NCBI RefSeq assembly: GCF_035998675.1
Contig: NZ_DASYHI010000013.1
Location: 215,001-279,000, forward strand
Direction: 5' to 3'
DNA from: Telluribacter sp.
Lineage (GTDB): Bacteria > Bacteroidota > Bacteroidia > Cytophagales > Spirosomataceae
Length of the DNA stretch: 64,000 nt
Of the stretch, positions 16,409 to 27,110 are shown piece by piece. The position numbers and the translations under genes were made by a program. Numbering within the stretch: the first letter of the stretch is position 1; each line of letters begins with the position of its first letter. The notes beneath the pieces were generated by a model. It did not search any database and was not told the origin of the DNA. It saw only the letters and a program-made list of their open reading frames with translations.

Positions 16409-19400
16409 CTACTGTACTACTTCATTTCTGACGGGCTTTGCCTTCAACTGATATGCCTTCACCCCCTGTTGATTGACGCCAAACAGCAGTTTATCCCCCA
16501 CCGACAAAACACTACGAACGTCGCCCGTGAGCCGGAAGCCAGACTGTAGTTGCGGAAGGTAGGTAAACTGTCCTTTGCCATTTCCCCGAAGCAACACCCC
16601 GTGGTTAGCGTCGAACTTGCCCAGGCGCAGGCGGCCCTGGCTGATGTTCCCGGCCAGCAGCAGGTCTTTGTGGCCATCCTGGTCGTAGTCCAGAGTTGTC
16701 ATGGCAAAAACGGGAGAAACCTGGGCTTCGAGCGGTAATTCGGCGAGTTGGTACCTGGCCTCCGTGGTACTCAGAAAAGCAGCAGTACGCAGGTAATTTG
16801 CTTCCAGATGCTGGGCGTCTGCCAGCTCGCTTTGGGAAAAAAGGTCGTCCAGTGTAACATCAGCGTAGCTTTTGTAGTCGGGATAGCGGGAACCCATGCC
16901 GCTTATTTGGCCGACCAGTTCATCGCGGGTAATGTACGGGTAGTTTTTGCCCTGTACATAAAAGCTCAGAATAGGGTCTATTTTACCATTTTTATCAAAA
17001 TCCCTGGCGTAGAGCGAGGCGGGTTCTTTATCGCTGGCGCGCACCTGCGAGTTCAGCCCCTGATTCCCAACCACCAGGTCGGGTTTACCGTCGCCGTTCA
17101 GGTCTTCAATCAGCAGCGAGTTCCACCAGCCGCGGTAAGCTTTGTCGAAATAGTCGCTGGTTTTATCAGTCAATTTTCCGCCACTGTTAATGAGTACCGT
17201 TACGGGCATCCACTCCCCTACCAGCACCAGGTCCGGCTTGCGGTCGCCGTTCAGGTCGGTGGTAGCCGCGTCGGTTACCAACCCAATCTGCTGCAGTTGC
17301 GGAGCCAGCGTGGCAGTCATATCCCGGAAAGTACCTTTGCCGTCGTTGATTAGCAGATAGCTGCGCGGTATTTCAGGGTACTGCCCCGGTATTACCCGGC
17401 CCCCAACTACTACATCGGGCTTGCCATCTCCGGAAAAATCGCCCACAGCTACGGCTCCCGTACTGGTGCGCATAGCGGGAATACCAGTGGCGCTAAGGCT
17501 GAATCCGCCTTTGCCATCGTTGAGGTACAGGCGGTCCCGCAGGCGCTCGTCGTCGGGAGCAAAATCAGCGTAGCCACCGTTGCCCACGTACAGGTCAGCC
17601 GCTCGGTCGCCATTGGCGTCCAGAAAAGCGGCATCGCTCGCGTGTTGCTGCTGATCGGCTTCAAAGGCGGGTGTAGGTTTCTGCGTAAAGCCACCGCCCT
17701 TCTGTTGAATGAAAAGGGCGTTAGCCTGTCCTTTTCCGCCTCCAATAAATACATCTTCCAGGCCATCGCCGTTGACATCGGCTTTGGCCAGAACGGGTCC
17801 GGGAAAAGACAATGGATTTACCAGCAAAGGCTGGCGGTAAAAATCATTGACCGGCGTAGCGGCATCGGTAAAGCTAATCGGCGACTTTACTTCCTGAAAC
17901 AGGGCCGGACCAGTACCCGCACGTCGGTAGGTTTGCGTAGCCTCTTTTTCTGAGAGCCGGAGTAGCTGATCGGCCTTTACATGGGGCAGGAGCTGCTGCT
18001 TACCGCTTGGCCATACTATCCGGAGGGAATCAATGGTTGCCGCCTCGCCCAGACCAAAATGAAGTACCGGCGAAACATTGGACTGGTACCCCCGGGTGGG
18101 CATTTGCTCGAGGTACTGCTGCTTTCCTCCACTGTACAAAGTAACCTGCGCCCCAATGCCCAGCGTATTGGGACTAGTACCCTCTGTCTTTACCTTCAGG
18201 TAGTGGTGCTTATGTAGTTTATTAGCCTGATTTTCGTAAATAAATGCGGCTTCGTTGACATTGTTTACCACCAGGTCCAGGTCACCGTCCCCATCCAGGT
18301 CGGTGTAGGCGGCCCCGTTGCTGTGGGAGGCCTTGTTGAGTCCCCACTGCTGGGTCACATTCTGGAAAGTAAGGTCCTGGCCGTTCCGGAAGGCATAATT
18401 GGTAAGGTTGGAGGAAGGAATCTGATACACCAGTTCCAGAACATCGCGCCGCTGTATACCCTGCTGTTTATTCTGAATAAAGTCACTCATGTACTTCAGG
18501 AAGTCCATATTGGTGTAGTCGCGCAGGTAGCCATTGGTGATGTACAGGTCCTTCCAGCCGTTGTTGTCGAAGTCAGCAAAGAGCGCCGACCAGCTCCAGT
18601 CAGTATTGGAAACGCCCGCCAGCTGGCCCACCTCCCGGAAAGAGCCGTTGCCATCGTTGACGTGCAGCATGTTGCGCATGTACTGGTGATTGAAGCCTAA
18701 CCGCAGATTGAGGTCAAATTTTTCGTAGTTGTCCGGCGCCATCAGCAGCTTCTGGCGACGGTTGTCCTCGGGGAGCATGTCGAGGGTCAGGATGTCGGGA
18801 CGGGCGTCGTTGTTGATGTCGGCCACGTCACTACCCATTGAAAAATGCGAAGTATGCCCCATACTGGTTTTAACCTGATCGGTAAAAGTACCGTTGCGGT
18901 TATTGACGTAGAGGTAGTCGGGAATGGTATAATCGTTGGAAACGTACAGGTCGGGCCAGCCGTCGTTATTGACATCAGCAACGCCGGCTCCCAGGCCGTA
19001 CGAAAGGGCCGAGCCTTGAATACCTGCGGCGCGGGTTACGTCTTTAAAGGTGCCTTTATCATTTCTAAAAAGCCTCACCCCGTAGTTGGGGTCATCCTGC
19101 CGGAGCATTTCGGCCGTCCCCATTTCGTTCAGGACCGGCAGGGACTTGGGGTTATGGTTGAGCAGGAACATGTCCAGGTCACCGTCCTTATCATAGTCAA
19201 AGAAAGTTGCCTGCGTACTGGTACCTTCGCTCGCCAGGCCGTACTGCTCAGCCTGATCGGTAAACTGAGGAATCCCCTGAGCATTGGCCCCCTGGTTAAT
19301 AAAGAGCTGATTCCTGCGTTTTTCGGGAGCATAGTTACCGGAGTAGCATACGTACATATCCAGCTGTCCGTCGCCGTTTACATCAGCCATGGTAACCCCG

Positions 19401-19789
19401 GTTTTCCAGCCTTCGGCGCGACCGGCTACCCCAGCCTGAGCCGTTATATCCTCAAACTGCATGGAGCCCTTATTCAGGTACAGCTTATTAGGTACCATGT
19501 TGCCCGTAAAGTACAGGTCATCCAGCCCGTCGCCATTTAAATCACCCACGGCTACGCCCCCTCCGTTGTAGAAGTACTCGTACATGAGTACGTTGGTATT
19601 GAGGCCCTCAGTCAGGGAATTACTGAAGTCTACTTTTGTTTTTTCGGGCGGCAGCAACACAAAAAGCGGATCGCTGGTTTCGGCACCTGTGTTTCCTTCG
19701 GATGAAGAAGATCGCTGGCACCCGTACAGACTCCCTGCTGCTACCGCCAACAGCACGTACCCGAGGAGATCATACTTAAGCAATTTCAT
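16409..19789 (-). CDS. CRTAC1/ASPIC-UnbV family lipoprotein with multiple FG-GAP/VCBS repeats
   Basis: ATG at 19789 (MKLLKYDL...AAGSLYGC lipobox). It has many DxNGDGxxD(L/V) calcium-binding FG-GAP-type repeats and an internal UnbV/ASPIC-like segment (GIGAQVTLYSGGKQQYLEQMPTRGYQSN). It lies downstream of a SusC/SusD pair. Confidence 0.85.
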   Translation of the reverse strand: MKLLKYDLLGYVLLAVAAGSLYGCQRSSSSEGNTGAETSDPLFVLLPPEKTKVDFSNSLTEGLNTNVLMYEYFYNGGGVAVGDLNGDGLDDLYFTGNMVPNKLYLNKGSMQFEDITAQAGVAGRAEGWKTGVTMADVNGDGQLDMYVCYSGNYAPEKRRNQLFINQGANAQGIPQFTDQAEQYGLASEGTSTQATFFDYDKDGDLDMFLLNHNPKSLPVLNEMGTAEMLRQDDPNYGVRLFRNDKGTFKDVTRAAGIQGSALSYGLGAGVADVNNDGWPDLYVSNDYTIPDYLYVNNRNGTFTDQVKTSMGHTSHFSMGSDVADINNDARPDILTLDMLPEDNRRQKLLMAPDNYEKFDLNLRLGFNHQYMRNMLHVNDGNGSFREVGQLAGVSNTDWSWSALFADFDNNGWKDLYITNGYLRDYTNMDFLKYMSDFIQNKQQGIQRRDVLELVYQIPSSNLTNYAFRNGQDLTFQNVTQQWGLNKASHSNGAAYTDLDGDGDLDLVVNNVNEAAFIYENQANKLHKHHYLKVKTEGTSPNTLGIGAQVTLYSGGKQQYLEQMPTRGYQSNVSPVLHFGLGEAATIDSLRIVWPSGKQQLLPHVKADQLLRLSEKEATQTYRRAGTGPALFQEVKSPISFTDAATPVNDFYRQPLLVNPLSFPGPVLAKADVNGDGLEDVFIGGGKGQANALFIQQKGGGFTQKPTPAFEADQQQHASDAAFLDANGDRAADLYVGNGGYADFAPDDERLRDRLYLNDGKGGFSLSATGIPAMRTSTGAVAVGDFSGDGKPDVVVGGRVIPGQYPEIPRSYLLINDGKGTFRDMTATLAPQLQQIGLVTDAATTDLNGDRKPDLVLVGEWMPVTVLINSGGKLTDKTSDYFDKAYRGWWNSLLIEDLNGDGKPDLVVGNQGLNSQVRASDKEPASLYARDFDKNGKIDPILSFYVQGKNYPYITRDELVGQISGMGSRYPDYKSYADVTLDDLFSQSELADAQHLEANYLRTAAFLSTTEARYQLAELPLEAQVSPVFAMTTLDYDQDGHKDLLLAGNISQGRLRLGKFDANHGVLLRGNGKGQFTYLPQLQSGFRLTGDVRSVLSVGDKLLFGVNQQGVKAYQLKAKPVRNEVVQ

Positions 19790-19898
19790 AATAGATAGTA
19801 AAAGGGTGTTAACGCGGAGATGAAATAACAAAAAAAGAAACTATGCCGGTAAAACGCGTACCGGCATAGTTTCTAACGTATTCTTGCAATCTTCTATT

Positions 19899-21764
19899 TT
19901 AATTCGTGACGTAACCGGGGTTCTGCGTCAGCTTATCATTCCGGTTTATTTCGTCCCGGTGGATAGGCAGGAAGTACAGCTTATCGGCCCAGGCACGGTT
20001 TTCCTTACCCGGATCTATCTCGAATACTTTATACGAATAGTCGTAGCTGGTAGGGTCGTACCGGTACACGCTAACCGTTTTACCTGGTTTCAGGGTGCCG
20101 GTTATGTTGATACCATTGGCCTTACGTCCCAGGGTGCTGGGGGCAATCATCCAGCGACGGGTATCGTGGAAACGCTGTTCCTCAAATACCATTTCGATAC
20201 GCTTTTCCTGACGGAACTGCTCCACCAACTCCTGACCTGTTGCCGTAATGGCCGGCATACCAGCCCGGAAGCGGATCTTGTTGAGCCAGGTACGGGCTTC
20301 TTCTTCCTGTCCCAGGGCTAAACTAGCCTCTACATAGTTGAAAATAGCTTCGGTGTAGCGCAGTACCGGCCAGGGGACCTCCTGCCAGGTGTTCTGATCA
20401 ACGATAGCCGGATTAGGATCAATAAACTTACGCATATAGTAGCCGGTGTAGCTTCCGTTCCAGTCTTCGATGGGGCTGTTGCGGGTATCCAGTCCAAAGT
20501 GAGTTACTTTTTGTCCGGCAGCGTTTACCACTTCGTAACGACCCGTCTGGATTTGTCCAAGTGGATCACGGGGCTGGTTAGCTGAGCTACGGGGTTTCCA
20601 CTGAGTACCATCGTACATGATAGAGGCATAGAAACGAGGATCACGATTAACATAAGGAGCGCTGGCGTGGGCCGGGTTGCTCCAGTTGAACTCCGTGCCA
20701 TCCATCATTTCGTAGTCATCAACCAGCAACTGCACTGGTGTATTTCCGGCCCAGTTATTGTAGCCATTAGGTCCGTTGAACAGGCCCTGACGTCCACCGT
20801 TTTCCCGCTTGGTACCGATGAAATACCGACCCAGAATCAGATCCCGCTGCCCACCGTTGCGGGCCAGAGATATGTCCATATAGTTGGCAGTTCCTGCCTC
20901 TTTGCTCACGGGTGCTGCCAGGTTGGTCATGTAGCCGTAGGCAGTCAGATCCAGTACGGCCTTGGAAGCGGCTCTCGCTTTCTCCCAGCGCTCGGTCCGG
21001 CTGCCGCTCACGTAGCCAATCAGTTCGGGCTTGGCAAAGCCGGCTATCACACTTGACTTAGCTTTAGCCGTAGGGATATCGTGCAGATCACTGGCCGCAT
21101 AGGTCAAAATACGTGACTTAAGAGCCAGGGCAGCGGCCTTGGTAGCCCGTCCGGCGGCCAGGCTCTTACCGTCCAGCAACGTAGCAGCTTCATCCAGATC
21201 CTTTACGATAAAGTCAACCGTTTCGGCCCAGGTGTTGCGGCTTGTACTGTAATCAGCTTCGCCGAGTTCGTACGGACGATCCACGAGGGGGACACCGCCG
21301 TAGTAGCGGGCCAGCTGGTGGTAGTAGTACGCGCGAAGGAACTTGGCTTCCCCTTTCAAACGCGCTGCCAAAGTTGCGTTATCAAACTGAGGAGTTTCCA
21401 GGTTTTTCAGCGCCAGGTTAGTCGCCCGGATGCGCTGGTACATGTTCGGCCAGTTAATCGTGTTATTCACCCAACCGATATCAGCCGGGTTGGAACGGCC
21501 TTCGGTAATGGTAGTGATATTACGACCGGGGTGGGTGAAGATCGTTTCATCCGTTAGGGATGCGAGCATCTGCTCGTCAAAACCACCGTTACCAAAACCC
21601 GCGTAGATTTCCGTGACAAAGGCTTCGGTCAAACCCGCATCCTTCCATACGGCTGCCTCGGATATTTCTCCGAGGGGCTGCGTGTTTACAAAGTCGTCGT
21701 TACAGCTGGTAGTTACTACCAGAGCTGCCACAAACGCCAGGGATAAAAATTTTAATTTGTTCAT
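19899..21764 (-). CDS. SusD/RagB-family nutrient-binding lipoprotein
   Basis: 621 aa with a lipobox (VVTTSCND). SusD motifs are present (FLRAYYYHQLARYYGGVPLV, RYTEAIFNYVEASLALG, EEQRFHDTRRW, NPGYVTN end). Confidence 0.9.
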   Translation of the reverse strand: MNKLKFLSLAFVAALVVTTSCNDDFVNTQPLGEISEAAVWKDAGLTEAFVTEIYAGFGNGGFDEQMLASLTDETIFTHPGRNITTITEGRSNPADIGWVNNTINWPNMYQRIRATNLALKNLETPQFDNATLAARLKGEAKFLRAYYYHQLARYYGGVPLVDRPYELGEADYSTSRNTWAETVDFIVKDLDEAATLLDGKSLAAGRATKAAALALKSRILTYAASDLHDIPTAKAKSSVIAGFAKPELIGYVSGSRTERWEKARAASKAVLDLTAYGYMTNLAAPVSKEAGTANYMDISLARNGGQRDLILGRYFIGTKRENGGRQGLFNGPNGYNNWAGNTPVQLLVDDYEMMDGTEFNWSNPAHASAPYVNRDPRFYASIMYDGTQWKPRSSANQPRDPLGQIQTGRYEVVNAAGQKVTHFGLDTRNSPIEDWNGSYTGYYMRKFIDPNPAIVDQNTWQEVPWPVLRYTEAIFNYVEASLALGQEEEARTWLNKIRFRAGMPAITATGQELVEQFRQEKRIEMVFEEQRFHDTRRWMIAPSTLGRKANGINITGTLKPGKTVSVYRYDPTSYDYSYKVFEIDPGKENRAWADKLYFLPIHRDEINRNDKLTQNPGYVTN

Positions 21765-21785
21765 TTTTTTTTCAGTTTACAGATA

Positions 21786-24700
21786 TTAAAATGCTGCGGT
21801 CAGACCTACGTTGAGAATCTTCTGTTGCGGATAGCTCCGGCCAAGCGCGTTTTCAGTCTCAGGGTCATACACTTTCAGCTTATCAATAGTGAACATGTTA
21901 AAGCCATTCACGTACAATCTGACATTGCTCAATCCTACTTTACTAATCAGCGCCGTTGGTACGCTGTAGCCCAGTTCCAGGTTTTTCAGACGAATATAGT
22001 CTGAGCTACGCAGCCAGTAATCGTTATTACCTGAGTAGTACTGGTCACTGCGGTTGGCAATACGGGGATGCACACTGCTGGGGTTATCAATGGTCCAGCG
22101 GTTTTCGTATACATCCAGCAGGAAGTTACCAATGTTACCGGATTCACCCGTGCTTACGTATTGCTTCGCACCGGCCGCACCCTGAATCAGGACAGTCAGG
22201 TCAAAGTTTTTCCAGTTAGCACCCATGTTGATACCGCCCGTAAACAGGGGTAGGTTGGTGTTGTCCAGACGAACCCGGTCATCCGGCGTGATTTTACCAT
22301 CGCCGTTAAAATCCTGGTACTTCATATCACCGGGGCGAAGCTGCTTCACAATAGCGGTGTAGTCAATGGGGTTAGCATCAATCTCGGCCTGATCCCTGAA
22401 TACACCATCGTATTTATATACTACGTAAGTATTCATGGGCTTGCCGGTTGAACGCTGCCACTCAGGAGCCCCGGGCGCTTCGTCCCAGAACAGAATTTTG
22501 TTCTTGGCGTAGCCACCGTTCACGCTGAAGTTGTACTTGAAGTCGCCAATTTGATCGCGGTAACCCACGTTGAATTCCCAGCCCTTATTTTCCACTTCTC
22601 CAATATTCTGAGCAGGAAGCGTTAAACCAGTACTTTGGGGTACAGAGGCATTCTTGAACCACAGGATGTTTGTACGCTTGTTGTAAAACACATCTGTTTC
22701 GAAGAACATCTTACCACCAAACAGCTGTCCTTCCAGACCCAGGTTCGAGTTGGTAGCCACTTCCCAGGTAATAGAGTTGTTCGGAATACGGGCTTCAAAC
22801 AAGGTTTTTTCCTCGTTATTTCCAATGATGTAGGAACGGAATCCGTAGGTAGACAGGTACTGGTAGGTAGCAAGGTTTGATGTATTGGGTGTATAAACCT
22901 GGTCATTACCCAACTGACCAATTGAGCCACGAATCTTCAGGAAGCTAACCACCGGTACGGAGTTCTTCCAGAAATCCTCCTCCGATACAACCCATCCGAG
23001 CATAATACCGGGGAAGAAACCGTAGCGGGTAGCTTCGGGAAACATATCCGAACCGTCGTAGCGCCACAGGAACTCGGCCAGGTACTTCTCTTTGTAGTTG
23101 TAGCCAACCCGACCAAAGTAGTTGATACGGGCACTTTCAAAAGCTCCACCAGTGTTATCCTTCTGCAGGTCACCTCCGGCAAATAGCTGATCCAGCGCTG
23201 GTGAGATGTAGTTACGACGGAAAGCCTGGAAGTTATCTCCCTGAATAGTTTCGCGGTTGGTACCAGCCAGCAAGTTAAGGGTATGGGCACCGAAGGTTTT
23301 ATCGTAGGAGAATACGCCACCCAACAGAATGTTGAGTTGATTCTCGTTACGTAAGGTCAATTCAGGAGTAGCGGGTCCGCGACGGCTAGGTACCAGTTTG
23401 GGCGTAACGCCATCCGCTTCAAAACCACTTCCCCGCTGATAAAGCGTCCAGGGTATATTCCAGTTCTTAAGGTTCCGGCTGAGGTTATCCACCGCGGCGG
23501 TTCCGGTAAACTTCAGTCCTTCTACCCAGGGTATTTTAATATCCAATGATCCGTTGGACTGGAAGTAATTACGTTTATCGGTGTTTTTACCACTCAGGTC
23601 CGTCGTGATCACAACCGGGTTCTCACCGTTTTCGATATCCGGGCCGGGTAGTCCGTTGGGCCAGTAAGCCGGCTCCTGCGGCTTACCCCGCATCAGCATC
23701 CGGAAAATAGTTTCGGCTGATTTGGTAGGAAAGCCCCGGGCTTCCTGACGTCCTACTACCCCTATGCTAAGCTTTACGTACTTGTTGATATCCGCGTCCA
23801 TGTTCAGACGCATGTCATACTGCTTGTAGTCCGTAGCCGAGTTAATATAGTAAGCATCCTGATTCTGGTAGCCCAGCGAAGCCAGGTAACGGAAGTTGTC
23901 GGTACCACCGTTCAGTTGCACATTGTGGCGTACCTGTGGTGAGTTTTTCTTCAGCGTTTCAGCAAACCAGTCGGTGTTGGGGTAGTTCCAGGGATCATTA
24001 CCAGCCGCGTATTTACTGAGCGCCTCTGGCGAGAACGGAGCTTTCCGTACCGTACCGTTTGGACGGGTAAAAAGACCAGAAGTCTTATAAGCTTCGTTGG
24101 CACCAGCCCACTCCGATACCGGAAGCTGGTAGATGTCCAGGTCGTTCAACATACTTAGGTACTGAGCTGAGTTAGCTACTTTAGGTAGTACTGTAGGATT
24201 AGCCCAGCCCTGGTTGATGGAGTAAGACAGTTCAGGCTTACCGGTTTTACCACGCTTGGTGGTAATCAGGATTACCCCGTTGGCCGCCCGTGATCCATAG
24301 ATTGCCGCCGCCGCATCTTTCAGAACGGAGATACTTTCAATGTCATTGGGGTTCAGACGGTCCAGACCACCGGCCCGGTTAGGGATACCATCAATTACAA
24401 TTAGGGCGCTGTTGTTACCCAAAGTATTTGAGCCACGAATCCGGATAGTAGAACCATCGTAACCCGGCTCACCCGAACGGTTTACGGCCGTTACACCCGG
24501 CAGACGACCCGCCAGGGAGTTGGAAAGGTTCATAGCGGGTGATTTTACCAGCTCATCTCCTTTTACCGACACCACCGAACCCGTTACGGTTTCTTTCTTT
24601 TGCACACCGTAACCTACTACCACCACTTCGCTCAGCGATTTTACGTCCGTAGCCATGGTTATGTTGATAGTACTGCGGTTATTAACCGGGATTTCCTGGG

Positions 24701-24968
24701 AAAGATACCCGATGTACGAAAGTACCAGCGTAGCATTTCCACTGGGAACATTAACGTTAAAGTTACCATCCGAGTCAGTAACGGTACCGGTCGTGGTCGA
24801 TTTAACAACCACACTTACTCCGGGCAAGCCTGTACCCTGGTCATCCGTCACCTTCCCTTTGACAGGAACGCTTTGAGCAAAAGCTCCGATGACCGAGGCC
24901 ATCACCAGATACAGCACAAAAAGACACCTCCCCGCGCTGAGGTACGTCCTTGGTGTAAAAATTTTCAT
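21786..24968 (-). CDS. SusC/RagA-family TonB-dependent receptor
   Basis: 1060 aa with a signal peptide, a CarbopepD_reg-like domain (VKGKVTDDQGTGLPGVSVVVKSTTTGTVTDSDGNF), a plug (NDIESISVLKDAAAAIYGSRAANGVILITTKRG), a beta-barrel and a terminal F. Confidence 0.9.
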   Translation of the reverse strand: MKIFTPRTYLSAGRCLFVLYLVMASVIGAFAQSVPVKGKVTDDQGTGLPGVSVVVKSTTTGTVTDSDGNFNVNVPSGNATLVLSYIGYLSQEIPVNNRSTINITMATDVKSLSEVVVVGYGVQKKETVTGSVVSVKGDELVKSPAMNLSNSLAGRLPGVTAVNRSGEPGYDGSTIRIRGSNTLGNNSALIVIDGIPNRAGGLDRLNPNDIESISVLKDAAAAIYGSRAANGVILITTKRGKTGKPELSYSINQGWANPTVLPKVANSAQYLSMLNDLDIYQLPVSEWAGANEAYKTSGLFTRPNGTVRKAPFSPEALSKYAAGNDPWNYPNTDWFAETLKKNSPQVRHNVQLNGGTDNFRYLASLGYQNQDAYYINSATDYKQYDMRLNMDADINKYVKLSIGVVGRQEARGFPTKSAETIFRMLMRGKPQEPAYWPNGLPGPDIENGENPVVITTDLSGKNTDKRNYFQSNGSLDIKIPWVEGLKFTGTAAVDNLSRNLKNWNIPWTLYQRGSGFEADGVTPKLVPSRRGPATPELTLRNENQLNILLGGVFSYDKTFGAHTLNLLAGTNRETIQGDNFQAFRRNYISPALDQLFAGGDLQKDNTGGAFESARINYFGRVGYNYKEKYLAEFLWRYDGSDMFPEATRYGFFPGIMLGWVVSEEDFWKNSVPVVSFLKIRGSIGQLGNDQVYTPNTSNLATYQYLSTYGFRSYIIGNNEEKTLFEARIPNNSITWEVATNSNLGLEGQLFGGKMFFETDVFYNKRTNILWFKNASVPQSTGLTLPAQNIGEVENKGWEFNVGYRDQIGDFKYNFSVNGGYAKNKILFWDEAPGAPEWQRSTGKPMNTYVVYKYDGVFRDQAEIDANPIDYTAIVKQLRPGDMKYQDFNGDGKITPDDRVRLDNTNLPLFTGGINMGANWKNFDLTVLIQGAAGAKQYVSTGESGNIGNFLLDVYENRWTIDNPSSVHPRIANRSDQYYSGNNDYWLRSSDYIRLKNLELGYSVPTALISKVGLSNVRLYVNGFNMFTIDKLKVYDPETENALGRSYPQQKILNVGLTAAF

Positions 24969-25350
24969 AGATTGATTGGATTAAGTGAAAAGTAATTAGT
25001 TGCATTAATGGATTAGTACGCATCAGAAATACAGCGATACTTCTGATCATACCCGACGTTTGCCTCTGTTTAAGAGGTAAATTTAACAATCTGCAAGGTT
25101 AGGCCCGACGTCTAGTTGAGCGTTACGTTTCTGCTTTCTGGTTTAATAGTAGTAAGGTTTAATATAAGTTGGTTAACTAATGTGAAGTTGAAAAAGGAAT
25201 TATCTGTTTGTATCTACTGCCTGAGAAGTTGTTCATTTGAAGCTATATAATGCCAATTTAATTGTCCTATAAAGTGCAATATTCAGATTTTAGCCACAAA
25301 AAACCTCTATATATTTCAATTACTTCGTGAGCGGCAACGCAAACTACCCT

Positions 25351-26862
25351 TTAGTTCTTGCCTGCCTCGGTGGCATCGGCGGGCTTACTTTCCTGCCCTA
25401 CTTTCAGAAATTCGGCTACGGCAGCTTCGGTAAGTCCGTTGACAACAATCAAATCAGGCCGGGCCCTGCGCAGTTCGGCGATACCACTGTCAGTCACCAT
25501 TGACTGCCACACATAAATACTTTTCAGGCCTTTGTTTCCGGCCATAGCTTTCAGGCCGGCATCGGTTACTTGGGTACCTATTACATTCAGGTACTCCAGG
25601 TACTTCATATCTTTCAGCTTCGCCAGACCGGCATCGGTGACGGCGGTATGTTCCAGATGTAGTTTATTAAGGTTTTTGAGTTTAGCTACTTCGCTTAGCG
25701 CCGCGTCCGTTACTTTCGTATTTCCTAATTTTAACCATACAATCTGCTCAGCCAGCGGATTAAGCATAGCCGCCTGAGCGTCGGTAAAGGCAGGTGCATT
25801 CACGGCACTAACTTCTACCAGATTCTGATCCTGGGCCAGGGGCATTACCAGCAGGTTGGTGCTTTTCAGCGAAGCCACCGCTTTGGCGTCGGGCGCGGGT
25901 ACCTGCAGGCTCAAAACCGCCGACTGTGAAGGTTCAGAAGGGGCCGTTGGGGCTGCTGCCCCGGTACCTAAGGAAGCCAGCGCGGGTTTGAGCGGTTCGG
26001 TTACCTGCAAATCAGCTACTTTTTTATCGGTAGGTGCTCCCTGGTCAATCCACCAGGCCAGCAGCGCTATCTGCTGGTCGGTCAGCTGGGTTTTGCCTTT
26101 GGGGGGCATGTGGTTGTCGTCTTCCAGGGGCAGCAGGCAGCGCTTCAGCATTTCACTTTCAGTACTTTTACCCGCTATCAGCGCCGGACCGTTCTCTCCT
26201 CCTTTCATAAGCCGGTCAAAGCCATCCATGCGAAGGTCTCCTTTCTGTTTGGTGGCATTGTGACACTGCACACAGCGGGCATTCAGTATAGGTTGTACGA
26301 TATCCTGATATACCAGCGCCTGATTTACATCCGCAATGGGCTTGATTTCCGCTACCAGTTCGGCGCGTGCGGGTATTCCCGCCAGCGACCGGAAAGGCTC
26401 CGGTGTGTACTGCGTCAGGTACCCGTCGCCATGGGTGAGTGACCCGCCGTGGTGCCCGGCTACCATGGTCAGCAGAGAGCCAAAAAATAAGGCTGGAATA
26501 TAAAACAGGGGTGCCATGGGTATTTTTTCACCGAAGGTTTCCGACTTGACCGCCCAGGCGATCCAGGCCAGCACAGCCACTCCAATACCCTGCCACATGT
26601 GCTCATCCAGGAGTTCCTGCTCGTAGCCTCCCGCCTGTGATAAAAGATAGCCCGCTATACACGCCAGCGTAGCTCCTATGGCCGACCACAATAAGATAAA
26701 GGTGATGGTAGAGTCGCTGACGCTTACCTTACCCGTTCGTCTGCCTATTTCTAACAGAGCCGCAACCAATAGAAAGCCTATTGGCAGGTGAACAAGCACA
26801 GGATGAAACCGCCCGAAAAACAGAGCCCAGTCAGATGCCTGAAGGAGGATTATCGAAAGCAT
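25351..26862 (-). CDS. Membrane protein with c-type cytochrome motif (Planctomycete-cytochrome-C-like) and C-terminal leucine-rich repeats
   Basis: 503 aa. The N-terminal multi-TM region contains HPVLVHLPIGF. A CxxCH motif is present (CVQCHNATKQKGDLRMD), and the C-terminus has LRR-like repeats (LKNLNKLHLEHTAVTDAGLAKLKDMKYLEYLNVIGTQVTDAGL). Confidence 0.7.
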   Translation of the reverse strand: MLSIILLQASDWALFFGRFHPVLVHLPIGFLLVAALLEIGRRTGKVSVSDSTITFILLWSAIGATLACIAGYLLSQAGGYEQELLDEHMWQGIGVAVLAWIAWAVKSETFGEKIPMAPLFYIPALFFGSLLTMVAGHHGGSLTHGDGYLTQYTPEPFRSLAGIPARAELVAEIKPIADVNQALVYQDIVQPILNARCVQCHNATKQKGDLRMDGFDRLMKGGENGPALIAGKSTESEMLKRCLLPLEDDNHMPPKGKTQLTDQQIALLAWWIDQGAPTDKKVADLQVTEPLKPALASLGTGAAAPTAPSEPSQSAVLSLQVPAPDAKAVASLKSTNLLVMPLAQDQNLVEVSAVNAPAFTDAQAAMLNPLAEQIVWLKLGNTKVTDAALSEVAKLKNLNKLHLEHTAVTDAGLAKLKDMKYLEYLNVIGTQVTDAGLKAMAGNKGLKSIYVWQSMVTDSGIAELRRARPDLIVVNGLTEAAVAEFLKVGQESKPADATEAGKN

Positions 26863-27110
26863 AGTTATATAGTAGTAGAATAGCTACTAAAAGCTAAGCA
26901 CCTGTTTCATCTACTTTACTATTAGACCAAAGCAGAATACAATTTTACGGCAATAAAGTACCAGATACTTTTCTGGTTTTGACTAATTCTAACTTTATTT
27001 TGACCAAATTATTTAAATAGATACAACTTTTTGGGCAAAAAAAGCTAAATGGAAGTATATGAAGCTATTCAGGGGCAGAAGTACTCCAGTTAAATATAGT
27101 TTCCGTCAGA

